The notes beneath the pieces were generated by a model. It searched no databases. It worked only from the letters and a program-made list of their open reading frames with translations, and was not told the origin of the DNA. 64,000 bases of DNA from Iphione sp. A-MEVVRFRX5. Its lineage: Eukaryota. The stretch spans positions 28,830,001 through 28,894,000 of the forward strand of contig OZ320313.1 in assembly GCA_976226885.1 (NCBI GenBank), given 5' to 3'. A program made the position numbers and the translations under genes. Positions 41,801 through 53,800 of the stretch are shown here, in pieces (position 1 is the stretch's first letter; the number at the start of each line of letters is the position of its first letter).

Positions 41801-44800
41801 CTGTAGTTGCACATTTATTTGAAATATTCTCCCTAAAGCGCTGCCCGGTAGATACGCGTACGGATATTAGAAAAAGGCAATATTAGATTGAAGCACGATT
41901 AAAATACAGACTTACTTATCATGTAAATGTAGAGACGGCGATTCTTTTTAAAGTGGACGACAAAACAATATAATGGACTGGTGGTCGTGACCAAGACTAG
42001 TCGCTAATGGTCTCCGGCTGCTGTCTTCAGGTAGAAAAGGCCTTGCCTTAACGCCCTTCTTCAGATGTTCAATCCCTGCCTTTTCACGCCCTCAGCCTCC
42101 ATTTGTCGTTTAAGTATGGTGGGTTGATCCAGAGGTTCAAGCCTTGCCAGGCCTTGTGCATGATTTATAACAAGGCGCTGCGTGCCTTATTAAGACCGCC
42201 AGCATCCACAGGGAAGTTGCTATGGATCCAAGAGCGTAGGACCGCCACATGAGATGGTCCCTTGATTACGACGCACAGAGAACACTGTGGGGTGGCCGTG
42301 GTGATAATTATAAAGGTTCATCTCCAGCAGTACGTGGATACATTACACAGCTGTGGTTTTTTTTCTCGTTCAGGTTTCAACTACATGCACATATAGTAGC
42401 CAACAGGTTTCCTAATTTATCAAATTGACAGACCTCAGAACACAAATTATTCACCAATGCATTACAAACAACTGCGTACTATGCAAGAATCTGGGACCTC
42501 GCGTTTTGAATTACATGTACAGGAGAACCCCACCATGCGACCAGTCGCCTAGGGCGACCAGTCGGCCAGTGCGACCAGTTTTGCTCAGAACGGATGGAAT
42601 TTTAGTACATTCTCTATGTGGCATACTTCGCCCAAGGCGACCACTGGCTTGGGCGACCAGTCGCCCATTAAGACCACTATTTACAGTACGAAATGAGTGT
42701 TTTTCATTGTCTATAGCGACCAGTCGCCCATTTACCCCCAAAATCACTATGAAAACGAGCTTTGAGGAACTCCAGTCATGCTTGTCTGAGGGTATCCGAG
42801 GCGACCGCCGGCGACCGCCGGCCCTGATACCCCAAAATCACTATGAAAACAAGCTTTGAGGAACTCCAGTCATGCTTGTCTGAGGGTATCCGAGGCGACC
42901 GCCGGCGACCGCCGGCCCTGATACCCCAAAATCACTATGAAAACGACCCTAGAGGAACTCCTGTCGTGCTTGTCTGAGGGTATCCGAGGCGACCGCCGGC
43001 GACCGCCGGCCCTGAGAGGAACTCCTGTCGTGCTTGTCTGAGGGTATCCGAGGCGACCGCCGGATGTTATTCTTGAAGTCAGTTGTATTTCTTCATTTTA
43101 CATTCAGTTAATGTACACTTCTTTTCCCCATAATATTCAGTTAATTTAGACTTCTTTTCCCCATAATATTCAGTTAACTTGGACTTTTTCCCCATAATAT
43201 TCAGTTAACTTGGACTTTTTCCCCATAATATTCAGTTAACTTGGACTTTTTCCCCATAATATTCAGTTAACTTGGACTTCTTTTCCCCATAATATTCCCC
43301 ATAGAGAAGGACACATAGAGAGGGACATAGAGAGAGAGAGGGAGACAGAGAGAGGGAAAGAGATGGGGAGGGGGAGCCAACCAAGGGGGAACCAATGCCT
43401 TAGGCGACCAGTTGCCTAATGCGACCACTTGAGCTCAGTCCCTTAGGTGGTCGCATTAGGCGGAGTCGCCTGTACATGCATTGCAATGTTTTCCTTACAT
43501 GCATGCAGGAAAAGTGGGTTGTTTTGGGTGAATGGAATTTTATAGAGCGGACACGTAGCTATGAGTCAATTCAAAACGCATTTATCTATGGAAACAGACG
43601 GTTAACCCCAGAAAAGTCGCACCCTGTGGGAAATTGGCAACTGTACCATACAATTACCGTGATAAGGGACAGGATGGAATATTAGTTTAGTGTTCCCATA
43701 GGCCTAGTGCCTTCTCTTCTTTCGGTCCTGCGTTTAATCTCCCATGATGACAGCGCAGCCCGTGCAAATCTAGTATAAGAGTAGATGTTCCCATAATCAG
43801 GAGCCGTCTGCATTCATATCAATTCCCTGAGAAAAATTACCATCCCCAAACGTCCCAGAGCAATTCCTGCCCGTTGCAGTTAAAGAAGACGCCCGCTACC
43901 ATGGGATGTGCAATCAGAACGATTCTAATTAGTCTTTAATTCACTTGTCATCAAGCTGCCGTCAAATGGTCCGAAGGGACATGATTAACATTGCCCAAAT
44001 TTGATTTGTTATCTCCAAGATGACGATGCCGTTAGCCTCAGGGAGGCCTGGTACTGAGAGAAGAGTACCCACGGACAGGTGGCCTGGATCCTTGCCCATC
44101 ATCGCCGCCACAACGCCATGTTGCTGGCGGAGGAATTATCGGTCGTGTTATCTGTCAATGTGTGTTTTTAAAATGGCTTGTGAATTCGATGTTAAATTTC
44201 TCCGAAGCCGCACAGAAGAACGTGAATGTCAACGAAACACTGCCAACGCTTGTAATTGAATTATCACCGAATGCTACATTACACTTGTCAAAGGCTCTAC
44301 TGAAGAGCTTTACCCTCTCTGATAGACAGAATACATATAACTGAAGGATACATTTACATTGCATTGGAATATCTCTCCAATGTAGTGCTTTCCTGTTAGA
44401 TTATAAATAATCTGTATGTTTATGTACTTAAACTATACCTACATGTATATTTTAAATGTTTACATGCCCAACTGTTGATTTTTCTCCTTTTGTTTACGAG
44501 AAGCTATCCGGCCTACATATTGCATTGCATCTTCCGCTAGCCAACGGAATGCATTCGCTGGAAAAGAGCAGCGAGAAGACAGCGCTAAGGGGCAAGGGTT
44601 TGGGGCCCGTTGCATCCCAAAGGTGGGTGAACACATGCGGTCGGGCCCTTGTGTGACTATCGGGTCAGGGTGAGTCATTGAGGTCAATACAACCAGTGCC
44701 ACGTCGCCAGGCCTACTCAGCTAATACCTGATACTGATGTAGGAGGAGGCACCATCCAGCGTAACAGCATGTCAGAGGGTGCCTGGGGGAAGTGAGGAGA

Positions 44801-47800
44801 CCGGGAAAGCAGCAGAAGGAAGAAACCCATTTCTGTTAAAGATTTTCACCGTAGTTTGTCCAATAACTAGCACAGGACGTGATTTAGTTTGATAACTATA
44901 CATAAAAGTTTAATGCATGAGTATCCTACGTTGGGCCCCATTGACTCAGACTATACTTTATGTTAATTGATGTCGTGTAAACGCAGAAACGGTGAAGTGC
45001 GATTAAGTATACATAGAGACTGGCGTTGGTTTATGAAATAGTTGGGCAATTTAGTTTTGAAGTTGTCGGTATTTAGCGACACCAGCCAGCAGTGACCCCA
45101 TCATTGGCTATTTGCTGCATAGTAGGGGACCCTCCTTTATCAGTATGGATCTTCCGACTTCATTTCCAGATCTCCTTCTCAACAGGTGAAACCTAAATTA
45201 CAATGCAGTCACACTTCTCTCCTTACACTGGCGAAGACACAATGAAAATTTTATAGCATTCAAAGGTAGAGCTATTTCTTTCCCTGACTGATCTGGCAAT
45301 GTTGTCATTATGATAAGAGCCTGGGGTTAGTTCCCCAGACAAGGTTATCATGTGTATTTTGGGAAGTGTGAGAATATAGAGTAAGAGTAAGTGTGTAAAA
45401 GTGACAGACGATGAGTGAGAGTATGTGCATATATATGTATGTCTAAGTGGAAATGTACATGTATAAGAGAGACAGACAGAATGACAGACAGACAGGTAGA
45501 CTTGATTACTCACAGATAGAGTGACTTTGTTAGTAGAGAGAAGGGCGAGAGAGAGGGAGATAGAGGGATAACAAGACGTTTCAAGCTATTCTTTTCCCCT
45601 TCTCCTTCCCTCTGTTCACCTTTCTCCTCCCTGACCCTCTCTCTAAATATGTATCAATATAGAGAATAAGTAGTGCACATACTTTCCCCTTTTATCCCTA
45701 ATTTGATACTAGCAACTTGTCATTCGTTTCTGACCTTTAATTTCAAGAATATGATGGAAGAGAGATGGCATTTTCGCATCACTATGCATTCGTACGAGCA
45801 TGTGCCTCAGCCTATTTCACACTAAGCACTCGTCATTCGTTTCAATTAGGTACAAACTGAAGAAATCGTTGTTAAATGATAAATGATAATTGATATTGCA
45901 TGTACAAATATATAGTAGAATATATTACACGTATGTAAAAGATAGGAGGAGACTCTCACTGTTCACCGTGAAGTTTTCTGTCACTTTCTTACCAAAGTTG
46001 GCTCCAGCATTCGTGTCTTTGCTCCATTGCGTGAGTATCACTTTCAAATAAAAACACACAAAAACAGGGAGTCATGCAAATACATGTACGCCAATTGAAC
46101 TGCTCTTACGCCCACCGAGTCTCTACAGACGTTTCCACGAGCGGACATACATAGCAGGAGTTGTTGGGGTTGGCCCATCGGCATCGGTATCAGTTTACCT
46201 TTGTGTATCTCTGACCCTTCGTCCTGCCTCCCCGACGTATTCTACATGATCTTCTGCCTCAAATTTACCTGCTGTTCCGAATGCCTTTTGCCATATCTTT
46301 GTCGCTGTAACTCTTCATGACTCTATGTTTGTTTATTCATATTTCCTTTTTTTCTCTGGAATATGATTTCTTCAAATAAAAATGTATATGTACATGTATT
46401 TCCATGTACATGTACATGTACTTTACATGCGAGGAGTAAAATCAATTAAGATTTTCTTAAAACCTTTACATTGTCACAAATCAAATCCTTTCGTTCTTCC
46501 CTACCTCCTTTTGTCTACATAATGTTCCTACCAGGGCCAGTATAGTCTCTTCCTTAGTGCAAAAAGAGAAGCACACTACTTATCTTGTTACCTTACTTCA
46601 GGTTAATCTCCTAATCTTGTGAGCAAGTACTATGTAAGTCTCCAAAAACCGTAAAGCCGAAAATCTCTTTGCGAATCACCTCTCAACAGAGAAATTATTT
46701 CTTGTTCCAAGGACATTAATCAACCAAGTATGAACGCAGCATGACGAATTGTTTTTTAATGTACATTTGCCAGCTGTGTGAATACTCTCTTATTCAATAT
46801 TGCATGCATCTGGTGTAAAATATGTAGACAACGTTCCCACAGTCCTGTTAAATATTTCATTAGAAATCCTCCCTTTGCCTCCATCTCAGTTGAAATAAGA
46901 GGCGAGTGTATTATGCACATTCTGTCGGATTTTGTTATGCAGGAGATTGCGAAGATGAGCTTAGGTGACTACAGCCTATAGTTAGGCTCAGGACGTTCAG
47001 ATAAATAGAAGCACATGTACATAGTCTACTAACATGTGTCAAATTTTTCCCTATACAGTACCTGTATGCACATAATTACATGTATATACTTAGTCTAGGT
47101 TGGCTGCAGGGAAGCCTGTGTCTGTTAAAGGTGCAGCGCCTTTTTTGGTAGGTGCGGTGAAGCCTTTCCTGATTAGTTTGTTCTCACGTCTGCTCGGACT
47201 TGTACGCTCAGTTTGTTGGTTTCCTCATGCACAGTGTAAACCAAACGCCGACCAAACTATCTATTTGAACCAGTGTCAAGCTATAGCTCAAATCGCCCAT
47301 CAAGAAATAAATTACTCTGCAGTCGCCGAGTGGCCCCGTTCTGTTAAATGATCAGAAAGAACATGCTTGTCTGGAAACTGGTATTGTCTATGCTTTGTTA
47401 TATATGGCCGAGACTTCATTTACGTTTTTTTTTTAGTCAGAAGATAGGTTGGCAGTTTGAACACGGGCCCCGCAATATAACGAATAGAGCATATCGCCTC
47501 ATGTATTTTAGATGTGTAATCATACAAATTTGATATCCCATTGTGTTTAGATAAAGAAGGATCAATTATACGTATCCTCAAATTCTATATAGACCACCCA
47601 TGTTGGCGCCAGTATTATCATTTTGTTGACGCCATTGTTAAGCAATATTATGCACGGAGACAACCGTCTCTTTCACACTCTTAACATAAATCTATACGAA
47701 AAGGTTTATGTACATGTATATTTAAACCATTTTAACCATAAGGAAACACTCATTAATACTGAAGATGTTTACATTTACCAATTTCCACACAGACAGCAAA

Positions 47801-50800
47801 CTGCAACTATAGACATGAAGTGTTACAATGTATGTGTATACAGACGGGGATCTCATAATCTAATGAGTAGCTTCAGCGGAACTTGTTACAGTCAGGCAAG
47901 TTTCCGTGGAGGATGGTGGAAAACTCATGGCCAGCAGGGACATGCGGTTCCTCTGAGAATTTTATGAATTACGTTTGTCCTTCGTCCGTGTCCATGTATT
48001 ACTAGAACACGAACAATCCATACCGATAATTGTGGAGACCTAGACTTACGCAAGGATATTGGGAGCCGCGGCGGTCGCTCAAAGCCCACCGAGGCAATAG
48101 GTTCTGCTCTAAATTGAGTTTGAAATATTGGCTTCGAGCATCAATAGCAGCATTATCAGGACCTTCTACGTTTATTAGGTAAAATCGGATCTTGCTGTGT
48201 ACGGCAGTACATCAGGCTTCCTAATAGAGCTTTGAACGACATTCTTGTGTCTTCAGTTGCGTACGTATATCTCTCTGTCAGATATTCAGAAAAGAACGTA
48301 TGAGTAGATCATAACCTTTTCAACATTCCTTAATAATAGGAGCTCCGAAAAAGTGTTGCCAGTAGTGTTTTGAAAGGTTGGTATAAACACCAGGGCAGCT
48401 GCTGCCATGTATTATACCTACTGGGGGGAGTAAGCGTTTGGTGTAGACATTCCATGAATCATGTAAGCACAAATGGTAGAACCTGTAGCAGAAGCGATAT
48501 CACGTAGAGATACGACATACATGTACATGATTAAGTACATGTACAATATACATACGTGTACACGTGAGAGTATTTTGAATGACACCCCATTGTCACCTTA
48601 CAATCGCCCATGCACGTGCCGGACTGGAGCTCATATGTCAACGCCCTCAGTGCTGGTATCCTAGGGCGTCGACAGGGGGCGCAGATGGGCAGTAAGAGGC
48701 TGTGCCACGTGACTGCTCGACGGGATTTCGCCGCTGGCGGAGAGGCCCGCATCTCGACCAGCTTTTACCTCACCCCCAGAACGATCACCACCCATCATTG
48801 CTAGCTATACCTCCCGACCCCCTACCACTAGCCTACCGACCGAAACCAATTACTAGAATTTTCGGGGTGATACCTCTCGTCGCGCCTGTTACATCCTGTA
48901 CACATACCCAATGATATGCGCATTCGGCTGTTCATCAGCGCAACCCTAGTTGGATCAGTGGCTAGATTTATCTTTCTTGTTGTTCTAAAAGTGGGGTATG
49001 CCCGTCCATGACATTGTGCACCCTGGATGTTGAAAACTACTTCAAGTAGGGGGTCCCTTTTAAAATGTCATACCAGATTTGTCTGACGCTGCGCAGGTCT
49101 GAAGCTGATGTGAAAATCTGTTTAGGTTCCAGTTACATCTTATTTGGGAGGTTGACGTAACCTGATACATCGTAAAGTTGCTGTATTGGTCTTCCCGCTT
49201 CTTATTAGGCAAGTAAATACACTCTTGCTGGTCCCTGCAGCGCGCCTATTTTCGTTTAGTATTGTACAAATTTCTGCGTCCCGTATAGACGCCCGCTCCA
49301 TGAAAAGATCGTTAATGATAGTAATTTCATCCGTGAGGGTGAGAGGAGCACCGCACGGGACATTTTTTCCATGCGAGTTTCTGCGAGTGCAATGTCGAGA
49401 TGATGGTGCGTATGACTGGGCGTGGCTTTTCCTACAGCGAGCTACTGTCCTTCGCCACTCCCACTTCCCTCGCCCATTCCAAAGGTCGTGATATTGAAGG
49501 CCCCATAGCGTTCCTAGCCTGGGGATATAGATCACACGCAAAAAAAATCACACAGAATTGGGCTCAAATCTGCCGACAATGGTTCCTGATAAGTGAATAT
49601 CTAATCAAATCTGTAGTGGGACTTTTTTTGTAGCAGGTTATCTCGAACATTCGGCACTGCTCACCAAAAGTGTGAGTAAAATTCAGTTCGACATGCCAGT
49701 TCATCTGGAAAACTGTTCCAATAATTATCTTATAGTTGTCGAGAATAAATTTGTCTTTTTTCCCTAGCAGCAGGACATTGCCATCATGTGGGTTCATGCA
49801 GTTGAGAAGCTGCAAGTACGAAAGAGAATTAAGAAAATGATGAATGCTAGGATATTATTTTGAGAAATGTTGGTCTTGCCATCGTCCAATTTCTTTTTAT
49901 CTCTAGCACTAAGAGCATCGGTTCTCTATTCTTCCATGTAAAATAACTTCTCTGTGATTGTCGGGCCGTCGAAATCAGCCCATTGATCTCAAGTCAGCAC
50001 ATGTATATACAGAGTATCGGACGGTGCATCTCTCTGCCTGTTTCCTGTTCCGTTGTTACCCTGAATCCAAACACTAATTTAGAACCATTTTACCGGGCCA
50101 CTCCCACACAAGGGACAAAAAATATGAGACCAAAGCATGGTCGTAAAAATGAACGATAATATATAAACGGTGATAGATGTAGAAACTGGCGCGAGCGGCG
50201 CCGGCTGTCGACCGAGGGAGCCGTAGCTCAGTAGGTGGTGCCCCACTCCATGTTACTTCAGACGGCGCATGGAAGACGTTCAGTGATTTTTAGTTCATTT
50301 TCTTTCAGGGTTGAGTCAAACATTAACAAAATGACCCTGACGTCCACGTTCAGATTCCAAAATAACTCTAAATAAGTACTTGTACTACCGTTTGTCGGAG
50401 GGTGCCACGTCCAGAATTTGTTTGCTTTTATAGGACTTTTTTCTAAAGTGATTGCATTGATATAATTATTTTTTAAACGTCTGTTGATTCTTCCCCAATT
50501 AACATGTCCTTTGTCCTGTTTTATCCCCGTTAAAATATCAAAGACTGTAATAAAACAAGTAAGCAAGTAAGTGAGCAATTGCAAATTCCTGAGTCTATCC
50601 AAAGACATTTCCTTGCTGATAGCACCCCTACAAATACAAGGCTCGTGTCAACACCCTGTGAGAAGAAACTCCCTGTTTGAGCAATTAACTGACACATCCG
50701 CTGTGGGCCGCAGTGTCCTCTGGCGACGAGGCGGTGAGATCAGACGAATTAAAGGATCCACGCTCTTCCAGACCATTTCACGTCCAATGTTAATTGTGTT

Positions 50801-53800
50801 GAATGGAGAATGAAGCGATCGATTGAGCAAATAGCAGGCCATGTACAGTGCAATGAGCTGCTCGGAGTGGCTACCCGACGCCACCCCAAACAAGACAATA
50901 GCGGACGGTGGGTTGGACGAGGAGGAGGAGGGGATGGGAAATGACGCACAGAAGGGACGCACAGATTGAACATGCTATTGATGACCTGGGAAAGAGGCCC
51001 TCTTGCTTAGCTTCAGATTACACCAATTTTCTCCGCTTTAGAAGACTGGGTATAGACATAGTTTGATGTGTTTACGCGTCTCCTGTTATGGCGACCAGGA
51101 TTAAGTTCAGCTTGTCACATATTAGATAGTTGGTGCGGCAAGGCTTGACCGAGGCCAATCTGTACGAAGTCATTCCAGCGTTTGAATTTCCCCGAGAAAG
51201 GAAAAGGGACACTGAGATGTTGCAAATGAATAGCACCCCCCCCCCCTCGGTTGTATGGGGGTATATGAAATCAACTTTTGATATGATTCTGGTGATTCTA
51301 GAGCTTAAATTTTGGAGAATTTTCTCAACCGATAGTTTAAACAATTTTATTATAGGACAGATTGCATAATACAAGCCCGTAGCCAAGGAGGTATCGGGGG
51401 CATCGTCCCCCACAAAAGCCAGGAGTTGCACCTCTCTAGGCCTATAGCCAAGGGTGTATCATGAGAAATGCACAGGTTTCCTGTCCAAGGTTAGCAACAA
51501 TTCTCATATTTTTTTATTTTTGCAACCGAACTGTGGATGGATGGATGGATGGATGGATGGAGGGAGGGAGGGAGGGAATATGGAAATGATTCTGATGGTA
51601 GTGAAAGTATAATTAACACATTTGCATGGTGAAATATTCTAAAGAGTGAGTGATCTCTAACCTCTCTAACTAGGAGTTTCACCTCTCTAACCAGAAGTTT
51701 CACCTCTGTAGCTAAGAGTTCCACCTCTCTAATTTGAAATACACCCCAAAAGACTTCCTGGCTACGGGCCTATAATACGTGTTGTCTATCTGATTATATG
51801 ATTTCTTAATAGGTTTATTTAATAGCGCTACATTAGAGGTGTGTTTTGTTCTTGGCAGATGCTAAGGAGTACCACCTGGCTATGCCAGACGCGGGATGTG
51901 CCTCTCTAACCACTCTTGGTGCTACGGTGGACATTGTATGTCAGTACTTCGACTTCAACGACTACAGCGACGACGGCACCGGACCATCGTCGTCGGGGCG
52001 TCAGTCGCGGGACCCGGCGGCGCGTGGTCGGTCGACGTCGGCGCGTGGAAGCACCCGGGAGCCACCGTGCACCGTGCAGGCCATCCAATGGCAGCGGCTG
52101 CGTGTGGGCGGCGTCTACAACATCAGCGACTCGGCCAAGTTCGGCGTGTGGTCGGCCATCCCGGGCTGGGGCATGCAGCGTGCCGAGCATGTCAGTCTAC
52201 TACGCGTGCGCCAGATGCGGCCCGAGGACATCGGCACCTATCGCTGTCAGCTGATCTGTGCTGAGCTTAACAAAGCCGGACATCGGCAGATACTGGAGCG
52301 AACTGCACACCTCGCCCTCCGTCAGCCTAACAAGCAGTACGGTAAGCACTCTTAAGCATTTTCTTGAAACTTTACAGTATGTATGTAAGTAAAATAGCAA
52401 CTCAGAATTAGGAACACTAAAGGAAGTACACAATTTTGCCCTTAAATATTGTGAGCTGTCCTGCTGCCTGAATTATGTCATGGAACACAAGCCAATGTGA
52501 CCAGCATAACTTGCCCACAAATCCTTAGTTGCCCTCTTAGGCTGGGTGTCTATATGGGTGTGTCTCTGTGGCAGTCCATGCGTGAGGATGTTAGGGTGTG
52601 TTTCTGCTAATCTGATAACCACTGTATACACACCATGGAGCATTCTTGAAGTGGGAATGACATCACAGTGGTTGATAAGGCTGGTACCCTTAGTCAAATG
52701 TAGGTCAGTCTGCCTTGGGTGGAGGTGAAAGAGAATGGGTTTCTCTCTTTAAGCCATTATAATGTTTATGTCCATAATAATCATTTGGCTATGATTTCAA
52801 TGCCAAATCTGATATTATAATGAAAACACATCTAGAACTACCTGTAGATAGACTTCATATGTCAAAATTATCATCAGTTTGTTTTCACCAGGCCTTAGAA
52901 TTCACATTAGATTATGCAGAAAGTCCCTGATTATCACCCACTTTTCACCTCTGTAGTGTTTTTGCTAAATTAGAAATTTTAACAGAGGATTTTTATCTAA
53001 ACACTAATGTGGTCCTTTAGATTAATATTAAACCTACACATTTATCACAATGCAACCCTGTGACACCTTTGGAATCCTTATCAAATCGGGTGTGACAACT
53101 CTTTGTTTACACCTTGCTGACAAAAAATGCCCGGATTCTCCACTGCAAGAATGTATTCATGTTTTCATGCTCACATGCCTGTTATAATGATTATGTCCAA
53201 AAAACATGCCACAAACATAGACTGACAGGCACCGTGTAGCATGGAAAATAGAACATTTCCCATTTTTTAAACACAGCCACACAGGGACATGCACAGACAT
53301 GCACAGACACGTTTACATGGGTATGCTCCTCCTCTTATCATTGTTCCCAAAATACATGTTCACAAACACGCACACACAGACATGGAGACATGCATGCATG
53401 GAAACCCTCCCTTAGTTGAGATGCTCTCAAGGAGAGTTGCTGCTGTATATACAGGCATTCCTCACTATCTGCATACTGGCCGTTTTTAGCAATTTCATCC
53501 GGATAATTAAATATCCAAATAAAATAAACATGCAAGTATAGAGAATGTCATTTGTTTGCTTGAAAAAACAGCATCCAGATAATAAGTAAATCCGGATATC
53601 AAGTCTGCCGATAACAAGATTTGGCTGTATACTATCATTACCAATTATCTGCCATGCATGCAATATATTTAGAAATTTGAAGAATGCTGTCCTCAATATC
53701 AGGGTTTACACAAGTTACATAAGTTGTAACCATGCGTTACCGAATAATATACATGTACATGTACACTGTCATTATTCATTTCAGTCTGTCAATGCGAATC

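Larger units (their letters stand above)
42520..43472 (+). mobile_element. Non-autonomous Tc1/mariner-pogo MITE with TA target duplication
   Basis: TA|CAGGAGAACCCCACCATGCGACCA ... TGGTCGCATTAGGCGGAGTCGCCTG|TA: imperfect ~24-bp TIRs with TA on both sides (42518-42519 and 43473-43474). No ORF. Confidence 0.85.

Noticed and set aside
43103-43295. CRISPR-like 31-bp repeats
   Set aside because: Head-to-tail with no unique spacers, no cas genes, eukaryotic context, and located inside a MITE.
51491-51724. Heptad-like peptide EVKLLVR repeats
   Set aside because: Antisense translation of the 21-bp tandem repeat and (GGAT)n.
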